Origin: Firmicutes bacterium UBA5766
GTDB taxonomy: Bacteria > Bacillota > Desulfotomaculia > Desulfotomaculales > Nap2-2B
Reading direction: 5' to 3'
NCBI GenBank assembly: GCA_002418775.1
Contig: DIEU01000033.1
Location: forward strand, 125 to 64,124
DNA: 64,000 nucleotides
Made by a program: the position numbers and the translations under genes. The notes beneath the pieces are model-generated. The model saw only the letters and a program-made list of their open reading frames with translations, ran no database searches and was not told the origin of the DNA. Shown here piece by piece: positions 1 through 7,671 of the stretch (positions are counted from its first letter, which is position 1; each line of letters starts with the position of its first letter).

Positions 1-151
1 GAGGCTAGGATAGCATTAATTTTTCTGGCAGCTTCTTTCTGCATACCATCTATAAGATGACATTCAGTATAAAAGAGTACTGTAGGTAAGCGCATTGCCA
101 GAAGGGCAGCCGGGAAATTATCCGGCAGGTTGTTTGGCAAACTGTTTAAAT

Positions 152-179
152 ATAAAAACCCCGTCCTGTTTAGACGGGG
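152..179 (-). terminator. Rho-independent terminator downstream of the PIN toxin gene
   Basis: 7-bp stem CCCCGTC (159-165) / GACGGGG (173-179). The A-run at 154-158 on the + strand gives a U-tract on the - strand. Confidence 0.6.
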
Positions 180-212
180 TAGTTGTTTCAATGTTAATTA
201 TTCCGATTTGAC

Positions 213-668
213 CTATGTCATTGGGTAGTTACTTATAGCCCAGCTAAAAAAACTTGCAGGATTTCCAATAGGAATACCCTTAAAACTTCTTAAAGCTATC
301 ATATGTCTTCTGTCATGTGATATTATATATTCTGTTTTTCCATTTTCAGCTGCCCACAGAAAGGAATCATCATCTCGATCATTTGAGACATTAGGCCAAT
401 CATCAGGCATATCGTGAACACTATATCCCACTTCGAAAACCAACCTTAGAAGGTTTAAGGTATCCTTAAGACTGTTTCTTGTCCTTCTTCTGACATAAGA
501 ATTCCACATATCGATTGCTATTCTTTCGGCTTCGTCATAAATAAATTGATTCCAAACGAGCACAAGATTCCCTGATAGTATAAAATTAAATAGATAGCTG
601 CTTCTGTATATAGAAGGAATTAAAACGTTAGTATCAACTACGACCGGAACGACGATTTCTTTTGACAT
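213..668 (-). CDS. PIN-domain ribonuclease, putative type II toxin
   Basis: 151 aa. The N-terminus VVVDTNVLIP carries the first PIN acidic residue, with further acidic clusters (DEAE, DRDDD, ISHD). Its start is overlapped by a small upstream ORF. Confidence 0.7.
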   Translation of the reverse strand: MSKEIVVPVVVDTNVLIPSIYRSSYLFNFILSGNLVLVWNQFIYDEAERIAIDMWNSYVRRRTRNSLKDTLNLLRLVFEVGYSVHDMPDDWPNVSNDRDDDSFLWAAENGKTEYIISHDRRHMIALRSFKGIPIGNPASFFSWAISNYPMT

Positions 669-846
669 TTAAAAATGCCTTATAAGCTTGTTTTTCAAGA
701 TCATGGTGTGTAATTCCAGCCGCTTTTGTCTTTGCTGTAATTTTTTCGGATAGGTCCCTAGCTGCAGCTAATTTTTCTTCACGGGTATCCTTCTTTGCTG
801 CGCCAGGCATCTTGGGCACCTTCTTTCTTGATTTGTCTTTAGTCAT
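634..846 (-). CDS. Small basic protein, putative cognate antitoxin of the PIN toxin
   Basis: Internal ATG (Met17 of the tracked ORF) is preceded by AGGGGGG 5 nt upstream. The 70-aa Lys/Arg-rich product overlaps the PIN start by 35 nt. Function is inferred from position only. Confidence 0.4.
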   Translation of the reverse strand: MTKDKSRKKVPKMPGAAKKDTREEKLAAARDLSEKITAKTKAAGITHHDLEKQAYKAFLNVKRNRRSGRS

Positions 847-1279
847 TCTTAACCCCCCTACAGGCAAACAACAGGCCACTAATACTATGCCCAAAAAAGG
901 GGTATTATTACAATTACAAGCAATTAATTAATCAGTTAATCATATTATGATATATTGACATGCTCTTGTCACTGCTTATATATCTCTTATAATAATGATA
1001 TAGCCATAAAAGTGGTAAAATTCTCCTTGATAGCTAGCTATCACATCAATTTTTAATAAAATATTTTACAAAACACTTTCTCCTATTTTCTTTATTTATT
1101 CGACAATCGAAGGCAGTTCCTTTAGACAAAAAAAATAATGGTAATTCCATCCAGTCATACCTGCCTAGATTAAAAAACCAACCGTGCGGTACGACAACCG
1201 AGTCCGAGTTGTGTTTTTTACTTGATGGATTTACAAGTTCAGCTAGGCCCAGACTTTCTATGTCTTTCTTTTGACTTAG

Positions 1280-1435
1280 AGGGGGTTCCTTGCCGCCGAT
1301 TCCAATAAAAACTCTTAAATGCATGATTATATTACGTAATTTACGCAATATAATACAGTCGTTCAAGTCCCAAGACACCGGGAAATAAACGAAAACGCAG
1401 CGAAACAAATCCTAAAAGATGCGGGGTTGAAATAA
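1280..1435 (+). pseudogene. hicA: Decayed hicA toxin remnant
   Basis: One frame reads RGFLAADSNKNS*MHDYIT*FTQYNTVVQVPRHREINENAAKQILKDAGLK*. The C-terminus matches the HicA signature (VP.H ... ILK.AGL). There are in-frame stops at 1316-1318 and 1337-1339 and no start codon after them. It lies directly upstream of hicB. Confidence 0.5.
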
Positions 1436-1466
1436 AATCCTGTTAACCCTGTTAACAAAGGATTTT
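1434..1466. repeat. Inverted repeat between the hicA remnant and hicB (possible operator or terminator)
   Basis: AAAATCC (1434-1440) pairs with GGATTTT (1460-1466). The loop contains two GTTAAC palindromes (1442-1447 and 1451-1456). Confidence 0.5.
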
Positions 1467-1490
1467 AATATAAAAATAGGAGTCTGCTGT

Positions 1491-1871
1491 ATGGAATACA
1501 TTTATCCAGCTGTCTTCGAGCAAAATAGCGACGGCAGTTATACGATTACTTTCCCTGATTTGCCCGGCTGTATCAGCGAAGGCAAATCTTCAAGCAACGC
1601 TATCGACATGGCGCAAAACGCATTAACGCAATGGATTGAATACTTGTTAGAAGAAAAAATCAATATCCCCCATCCTAGCAATATAAAAACAATTAAAACA
1701 CCGTCAAATCAATTTGCGAATCTTATTAGGACTGAAATACGCTATAACCGTGCGGTACGCCGCACAGTTAGTATGCCGGGATGGTTAGATACAAAGGCTG
1801 CTGATGCTGGCATCAGTTTATCTAAAGTTCTCCAGGAGGCATTAAAAGACCGATTCGAAATCAAAAAGTAG
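1491..1871 (+). CDS. hicB: HicB-family antitoxin
   Basis: The N-terminus YPAVFEQNSDGSYTITFPDLPGCISEG is typical of the HicB fold. The C-terminal tail RRTVSMPGWLDTKAADAGISLSKVLQEALK looks ribbon-helix-helix-like. An AGGAG RBS is present. Confidence 0.8.
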   Translation: MEYIYPAVFEQNSDGSYTITFPDLPGCISEGKSSSNAIDMAQNALTQWIEYLLEEKINIPHPSNIKTIKTPSNQFANLIRTEIRYNRAVRRTVSMPGWLDTKAADAGISLSKVLQEALKDRFEIKK

Positions 1872-1947
1872 CCCACTCCATTATCTTCCATGCTGACAGT
1901 GAGTGTATAATATCTTCGATGAAAAAACAAATTAGCAGTAGACATCC

Positions 1948-2023
1948 ATGCCGCTTAAGCAGCGCCATCAGATAACAAAAAATTATTTTCAGAGCAGTTC
2001 CACATGCCGCTGAAGCGTCGCCA
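1948..2023. repeat. Imperfect 20-nt direct repeat in an ORF-poor spacer
   Basis: ATGCCGCTTAAGCAGCGCCA (1948-1967) and ATGCCGCTGAAGCGTCGCCA (2004-2023) match at 17 of 20 positions. Confidence 0.6.
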
Positions 2024-2515
2024 CGAATGCGTGATAATCTTTTTATCTCCAGGAAATATTTATTTAGACAGGGGGTCGGTGGGTTTGGGATCAGACAATC
2101 CATTGTACTGTAAATGATTGTATATACCGGGTGGAGGGCAACGTATGCTCGGCAAGAGATATTCTCGTATCCACGGATGAGTTTGGCAATAATCAAAGGG
2201 GTGAATCAAACATAAAAGAACTCTCAGCCACTCCGTCGGGCGGTTCGGGAATTTTAACCTCATGCATGACATATAAGGGACCGCATGACCGGAAGTGAGT
2301 TCAGATATAGGTAAGAGAGGCAGTAAAACTGTCTAAGGGATATAAGAGTAAGAAATATAAGAGAAAAAAATATAACATTTTATGGTATATTGTTATATAT
2401 TTCTATTCAAACACACCTATTCTTTGATTTATAGAATTATTAGTTGCCTAATAAGGTAATCTGCTATATAATTTTGAATATATAAATAAAAATCATAAAA
2501 AGGAGGCAGGGGGTT

Positions 2516-2950
2516 ATGTACAAAAAAATACTGGTTGCTTTTGACAACGCTGAAAAATCTAAAAAAGCTATAACAACTGCAGTTGAGATTGCTAAATATA
2601 GCAAGGGAGAGATTTGCCTGCTGACCTCAGTAAAAATGCCTAGTTTTATATCAGCCGCGAGTCCTGACATGCTAAAGGTATTAGAAAATGACAGCCGTAA
2701 ACTCTTTACGGAAGTTCTGAAAGAGTATGAAGATAATATTAAAAAAGAAGGCATTTCAGCAAGTTCAGTAATCCTTAATGAGAGTCCGGGGAAGGCAATT
2801 GTCCGTTATGCGGAAAAGGAAGAATTTGATTTAATAGTGATGGGTTCAGGTAACCGTGGATCTATAGGAAGACTGCTCGAGGGTCTTGGCAGCGTTTCCA
2901 ATTACGTACTGCAGCATGCCAAGTGTAATGTCCTGATTATTAAAAACTAA
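2516..2950 (+). CDS. Universal stress protein (UspA family), paralog 1
   Basis: 144 aa. KKILVAFDNAEKSKKA ... DLIVMGSGNRGSIGRLLEGLGSVSNYVLQHAKCNVLII is the canonical Usp ATP-binding C-terminus. A GGAGG RBS is present. Confidence 0.85.
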   Translation: MYKKILVAFDNAEKSKKAITTAVEIAKYSKGEICLLTSVKMPSFISAASPDMLKVLENDSRKLFTEVLKEYEDNIKKEGISASSVILNESPGKAIVRYAEKEEFDLIVMGSGNRGSIGRLLEGLGSVSNYVLQHAKCNVLIIKN

Positions 2951-3314
2951 CGAGTGGAGTAAAATATTTTAAACAGAAATATTATATTTTAAATAGAATT
3001 AAAGAATCAGTTCAATATTTTTGCGAAATAAGCATTATTAGTAGAAAGAGAAATAATTTCCAAGTATAAAAAAGTAATTTATGAAAAAGGACAGAGAATA
3101 ACTTTTCCCTGTCCTAATTATTTATCCGTAAGCTGTTTTTTGTGCAAGGTAGAATTGTTCTTATTGGCATATAATGTTTTATTAACAGCTGATTTATCTA
3201 TTTCTGCCTGTTTTTTAAGCTTGCTGAAGGTAGTATATTTATGGTATAAATTTCTAGAATACCATTGCCGTTAAATATATTGAATTAAAAATTATTCTGA
3301 AGGGACTGTGAGTT

Positions 3315-3758
3315 ATGCTTAAGAAAATACTTGTCGCTTATGACAACGGTGAGAAAGCTAAAAAAGCTGTGGATGAAGCAGTTGAGATTGCTAAATATAG
3401 CAAGGGAGAGATTTGCCTGCTGACCTCAGTAAAAATGCCTAGTTTTGTATCATCCGTAGCTGCTTCAGACTTGGTTAAGGGTCTGGAAAATGACAGCCGC
3501 AAATATTTTGAAGACATTCTGAAAGAATACGAAGACAAAATTAAACAAAAAGGCATCACGGTAAGTTCGGTAATCCTTGATGAGAGCCCGGGCAAAGCTA
3601 TTGTCCGTTATGCCGAAAAGGAAGAGTTTAATTTAATAGTGATGGGTTCAGTTAACCGTGGATCTGTGGAAAGAATGCTCACGGGCCTGGGCAGCGTTTC
3701 CAATTACGTTCTGCAGCACGCTAAGTGTCCGGTCCTGATTATTAAAAGTAAAGATTAA
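3315..3758 (+). CDS. Universal stress protein (UspA family), paralog 2
   Basis: 147 aa, collinear with 2516-2950. The 69-nt block at 3378-3446 is identical to 2579-2647. Confidence 0.85.
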   Translation: MLKKILVAYDNGEKAKKAVDEAVEIAKYSKGEICLLTSVKMPSFVSSVAASDLVKGLENDSRKYFEDILKEYEDKIKQKGITVSSVILDESPGKAIVRYAEKEEFNLIVMGSVNRGSVERMLTGLGSVSNYVLQHAKCPVLIIKSKD

Positions 3759-3902
3759 ATATATTGTACCAAACTATTTTAATTCCTTTTTTGTGTATGG
3801 GCAAGTTATCCATTGCTTTACCTAACTGAAAATCTTCGGTTATAATTAAGACCTTAGAAAATGTTGGTCATTTCGACATGCTATGCAATTGATTGATTTC
3901 AG

Positions 3903-3946
3903 AATGACTGCATAACTGCAGTCAGGGGAGCAGAATTGCAGTCATT
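3903..3946. promoter_or_regulatory. Three copies of an 8-10-nt half-site, a candidate operator or alternative hairpins
   Basis: AATGACTGCA (3903-3912), TGCAGTCA (3917-3924) and TGCAGTCATT (3937-3946). The first can pair perfectly with either of the other two. The element lies about 120 nt upstream of the first biotin-carrier gene. Confidence 0.4.
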
Positions 3947-4065
3947 ATTTAAGTCTATTGTACTGGCTATACTGGTTAAATGTCTGGCATGATTATTGCA
4001 TCATAAATTATTAAGGGAGTTTTTTCCCAGTTTGAAGGTTTTTTGTAGTAAAGATGGAAGTTTGA

Positions 4066-4281
4066 ATGGGTAAGCCAGTAAATGCGCCAATTGCTGGTAA
4101 AATTCTAGAAATATTTGTAATGGTAGGTGATCGCGTCAAAAAAAACGATGCCATCGTTAAGATGGAATCCATGAAAATGAACGTGCGGATGTTTGCGCCC
4201 GAGGATGGAATTGTCAAGACAGTTAACGTATCACCAATGGAAAATGTAAAAGTCAATACGACGCTTATTACTCTGGCATAG
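4066..4281 (+). CDS. Biotin/lipoyl-attachment domain protein (stand-alone biotin carrier), copy 1
   Basis: 71 aa. APIAGKILEI ... VKMESMKMNV contains the (E)xMKM biotinylation motif. Confidence 0.8.
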   Translation: MGKPVNAPIAGKILEIFVMVGDRVKKNDAIVKMESMKMNVRMFAPEDGIVKTVNVSPMENVKVNTTLITLA

Positions 4282-4326
4282 TTAGTAAATAAAAAAACGT
4301 TTAATTTTAGAAAGGGGAAGAAAATA

Positions 4327-4551
4327 ATGGCTGAAAAGAAAGTTACTGCACCACTACCGGGAATAGTGAAAAAAGTCCTTGTTAACGCAGGACAAAAAGT
4401 TGGAGCGAAGGACGCCGTAGCCGTTATCGAAGCTATGAAGATGGAAAACAAAATTCCTGCCAAGTCAGCAGGAACAATAAAGGAAGTTTTCATCAGCGAA
4501 GGCCAGAATGTAAAAGCGGGGGACAAGCTCTTTACAATCGACGCCGACTAG
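4327..4551 (+). CDS. Biotin/lipoyl-attachment domain protein (stand-alone biotin carrier), copy 2
   Basis: 74 aa. APLPGIVKKV ... VIEAMKMENKI carries the canonical EAMKM motif. Confidence 0.85.
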   Translation: MAEKKVTAPLPGIVKKVLVNAGQKVGAKDAVAVIEAMKMENKIPAKSAGTIKEVFISEGQNVKAGDKLFTIDAD

Positions 4552-4647
4552 TTGATAAAGATTAGAAACATAATAACCTTGCAGTAATCTACCGCAGTAC
4601 CCCTATATAAAAATTAGGGGTACTTCATAATACTCACGAAATATGAG

Positions 4648-5802
4648 GTGGCTCTATTGACAAGTGACGCTGTAATGACTATTTTTCAAGGTATACTGTC
4701 TGGTTTTACCGGCCTAACCTGGCAGTATGCGTTAATGATCTGTATTGGTATACTATTGCTCTGGCTGGGTGTCAAACACGAATTCGAGCCATTGCTGCTT
4801 GTTCCCATTGGATTCGGCTGCATCCTGGCAAATTTGCCCTTAGCTGGAATGATGGAACCTCACGGTTTGCTGAGGCAATTTTATAACGCCGGAATAATAA
4901 ATGAAGTCTTTCCATGTTTAATATTTTTAGGCATTGGAGCAATGACCGACTTTACACCCTTACTTGCCAACCCGAGGGTTTTTCTTTTGGGGGGGGCGGG
5001 TCAGTTTGGAATCTTTCTTACTCTGTTGCTGGCCCTGGCGCTCGGGTTTGACCGGCTGGAGGCCGTCTGCGTTGGTGTAATCGGCGCCTGTGATGGTCCT
5101 ACTTCCATTTACGTAACCACTCAGTTTGCGCCGCAATTACTCGGCCCGATTTCAGTAGCGGCTTACTCGTATATGTCCCTGGTTCCCTTAATCCAGCCTC
5201 CGTTGATGAGGCTCTGCACTACAAAGAAAGAGCGCTCAATGCTGATGTCTTATACGGAACAAAAACCAATATCCCAGACCGTCAGAATTATCTTCCCCGT
5301 GGCCGTTACAATTATAACTGTTCTTATTGCTCCCATGGGCGCTCCGCTGATGGGCACCCTGATGCTGGGCAACTTCCTTCGTGAGTGCGGTGTGGTAGAC
5401 AGGTTGAACAAAGCCGCCCAAAACGAAATCTGCAACATCGTTACCCTGCTGCTTGGTTTAAGCGTCGGCGCGACTATGAACGGTGAGATATTCCTGACCA
5501 CCAAGACACTGCTGATCTTTATCCTCGGAGCAGTCGCCATCAGCGGCGACACAATAGCCGGTGTTTACCTGGCTAAACTGATGAACCTGTTCTGCAAGGA
5601 AAAGATCAACCCGCTGATCGGCTCGGCCGGAATTTCCGCATTCCCGATGGCGGCGCGTGTTTCCCATAAGGTAGGACAGGAAGAGAATGAAGACAACTAC
5701 CTGATCATGCACGCGATGGGCGTTAACACTGGAGGACAGATTGGTTCGGTTCTGGCAGCCAGCATTATGCTGGCCATCCTTGCAGCAATGGGATATATTT
5801 AA
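4648..5802 (+). CDS. Na+-translocating decarboxylase, beta (membrane pump) subunit, OadB/GcdB/MmdB family
   Basis: 384 aa, polytopic. LLLWLGVKHEFEPLLLVPIGFGCILANLP matches the conserved OadB N-terminal region. GTG start. Confidence 0.85.
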   Translation: MALLTSDAVMTIFQGILSGFTGLTWQYALMICIGILLLWLGVKHEFEPLLLVPIGFGCILANLPLAGMMEPHGLLRQFYNAGIINEVFPCLIFLGIGAMTDFTPLLANPRVFLLGGAGQFGIFLTLLLALALGFDRLEAVCVGVIGACDGPTSIYVTTQFAPQLLGPISVAAYSYMSLVPLIQPPLMRLCTTKKERSMLMSYTEQKPISQTVRIIFPVAVTIITVLIAPMGAPLMGTLMLGNFLRECGVVDRLNKAAQNEICNIVTLLLGLSVGATMNGEIFLTTKTLLIFILGAVAISGDTIAGVYLAKLMNLFCKEKINPLIGSAGISAFPMAARVSHKVGQEENEDNYLIMHAMGVNTGGQIGSVLAASIMLAILAAMGYI

Positions 5803-5832
5803 TCAATCGGCCAGGAAAGGAGATCCTTTAAT

Positions 5833-5967
5833 ATGGAACTTACAAAGTGGCAGTACGGCTTTTTAATGATGATTTTCGGAATGGGACTGACGATGATCAC
5901 TCTTTATATACTGTGCTGGGTGGCGCGTCTTTTACCCATGTTTTTTAAGGCCGAAGAAGAAGAGTAA
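5833..5967 (+). CDS. Small single-TM protein, OadG-like decarboxylase subunit (not in the ORF track)
   Basis: ATG at 5833 follows an AAGGAG RBS. Product is MELTKWQYGFLMMIFGMGLTMITLYILCWVARLLPMFFKAEEEE (44 aa), one TM helix plus an acidic tail. It lies immediately after the beta subunit. Confidence 0.6.
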   Translation: MELTKWQYGFLMMIFGMGLTMITLYILCWVARLLPMFFKAEEEE

Positions 5968-6207
5968 CTACCTACTAAAGCTGCCCTGTCGGATAAAGTC
6001 GCCTTTTCATATTCCGGCGACTGTAAAAGGGTGGGTTTGCTAACTGTAAAGTAATGGGCGGCTGCACCCGGTAAAAATAAGCGCAGCCGCCTAATACGAA
6101 ATAAATGAAAGACATAGTTTATGTTCGTTTCAAAGCCTGAGAGGATTTTAGGAGTTAAAATTTTAAATAATCTTTTCTGATAATATTTGTCAAAAAGGGA
6201 GGGAAAA

Positions 6208-7539
6208 TTGTTGACAGACGTCCAAACTGTTACTTTAATTATCTTTGTAATTGCAATAGGTTTGGTTGTCAGCCGGGTAATCAGTAGTGTCGTCGGGGCT
6301 GTGATCGGCGTGGTCGCCCTTGTGGTAAGCAGGTCAATAAGTGACGTTACTGCCTTCGGGCTGGTGGACTGGAACGTTATTATTATTCTTTTGAGCATCT
6401 GGCTGATTGCAACTTATTTCGGCAAGACGGGGGTACCCGAATGGCTGGCCGAGAAGATGCTGGAGATGTCCAAGGGAAACCTGGCCCTGTTTGTGGTCGC
6501 CCTGGGCGCACTTGCCGGCTTTGTTTCCATGTTCATTGACAACGTGGTGATCATCCTGATGTTTGCCCCGGTACTCATGCAGGTAAGCCGGAGGTTTAAG
6601 TTCGCCTCTTTTGCCCCGATCCTTTTCCTCGGGCTGTGCGCAAACTTTATGGGCACCGCCCTTTTATTGGGAGACCTGCCCCCGCAGCTGCTGCACAGCG
6701 TTTCCGGTATTGAATTTGCAGGGTTCCTTTGGCTGGAGGGCAAACCTTCGTCCTTTATTATGCTTACAATTACTTACCTAATTGTTGTAACTGCTTTCTA
6801 CTTCGTTTTTAAAAAGTTTTTCAAAAACAGAAGGGTTAACGTAGCCCGTGAAGAGGGAGCGGAAAACCCAATCAAGAACCCGAAATTTGCCTTTTTAGTT
6901 TGCTTCATGTTCCTGGCCACGGTTTTATTGATGGCCTTCAGGCAGTTTACCGGCCTGCACCTTGGCTTTTTAGCCTTTGCCGGTGCGGTAACCCTTGTTT
7001 TGCTGATTGAAATATTGAAAGGACCATGGAATATTGATGTTCCCAGCTTTGAAGAAATACTCGGCGAAATCTCCTGGGACGCCATCTTTTTCTACTCTTC
7101 ACTGTTCTGTTTGGTTGGAGCGCTGGAGCACGTCGGCATTATTGAAATCGTAGCCAACTGGCTGTCTCCGTTCTTCAAGGCTTCTTTACTAGGCGGGGTA
7201 AGTCTTCTGTATTGGGTGACAGCGCCAATTGTCGGCGTAGTGGAGCACGACGCCTATATCCTGGCAATGCTTTATATTATCAGGGATTTTGCTAACAGCA
7301 CCGGGATAAGCGCCTGGCCTTTTTACTGGGGCTTGCTTTTTGCCGGAACGCTGGGCAGCAACTTGACCATCGCGGGCGCGCCTGCTTTGTATGTTGCGCT
7401 TTCCATGGCCGAAAAGGAAGACGGCCGGAAAGTGCCGCTGGGAGAGTTTTTACGCTGGAGCGCACCTTATGTGTTTCTGTCGCTGGCCGTATGTTTTGTT
7501 ATCTTGCTTGCCATCTGGGTAATCCCGGCAATGCGTTAA
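6208..7539 (+). CDS. ArsB/NhaD-superfamily ion permease (citrate-transporter-like fold), paralog 1
   Basis: Polytopic membrane protein. The RBS AAGGGAGGG (6195-6203) favours TTG 6208/6211 over the tracked 6187 start. Confidence 0.7.
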   Translation: MLTDVQTVTLIIFVIAIGLVVSRVISSVVGAVIGVVALVVSRSISDVTAFGLVDWNVIIILLSIWLIATYFGKTGVPEWLAEKMLEMSKGNLALFVVALGALAGFVSMFIDNVVIILMFAPVLMQVSRRFKFASFAPILFLGLCANFMGTALLLGDLPPQLLHSVSGIEFAGFLWLEGKPSSFIMLTITYLIVVTAFYFVFKKFFKNRRVNVAREEGAENPIKNPKFAFLVCFMFLATVLLMAFRQFTGLHLGFLAFAGAVTLVLLIEILKGPWNIDVPSFEEILGEISWDAIFFYSSLFCLVGALEHVGIIEIVANWLSPFFKASLLGGVSLLYWVTAPIVGVVEHDAYILAMLYIIRDFANSTGISAWPFYWGLLFAGTLGSNLTIAGAPALYVALSMAEKEDGRKVPLGEFLRWSAPYVFLSLAVCFVILLAIWVIPAMR

Positions 7540-7671
7540 ATAGTCTTTGCTTATGGGATTTCTTTTTTTAAGATAAGAGGTGAAGGCCACTGGCGATACC
7601 GGCGGCCTTCAATAAGCCTTTGGTAACGGGTCGCTAAACGATCCAAATCAAAGGGATAAAGAGGTGAAAAT

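Noticed and set aside
1-95. Possible minus-strand ORF (MRLPTVLFYTECHLIDGMQKEAARKINAILA...) running off the left edge
   Set aside because: Only 31 codons are visible. It has no RBS, matches no family I recognise, and lies downstream of a terminator without a clear promoter. This is too weak to call.
1046-1408. 120-aa ORF on the minus strand in the ORF track
   Set aside because: It has no RBS and an odd composition. It lies antisense to a recognisable hicA remnant, so it is most likely a shadow ORF of the decayed + strand gene.
1872-2515. Group II intron fragment or a common riboswitch (cobalamin, ZTP, c-di-GMP, TPP) in the spacer
   Set aside because: I could not fold a domain-V-like 34-nt hairpin or find the conserved cores. 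The short similarities (for example AGCCACTCCG, CGGGCGGTTCGGG) are insufficient.
4011-4526. 171-aa minus-strand ORF. Many similar antisense ORFs occur in the track, for example 7707-8198, 8478-8900, 37515-37955, 42975-43355, 51983-52303 and 52767-53114.
   Set aside because: Each lies entirely opposite a strongly supported conserved gene, has low-complexity or Ser/Pro/Ala-rich composition, and lacks an RBS. These are typical shadow ORFs.
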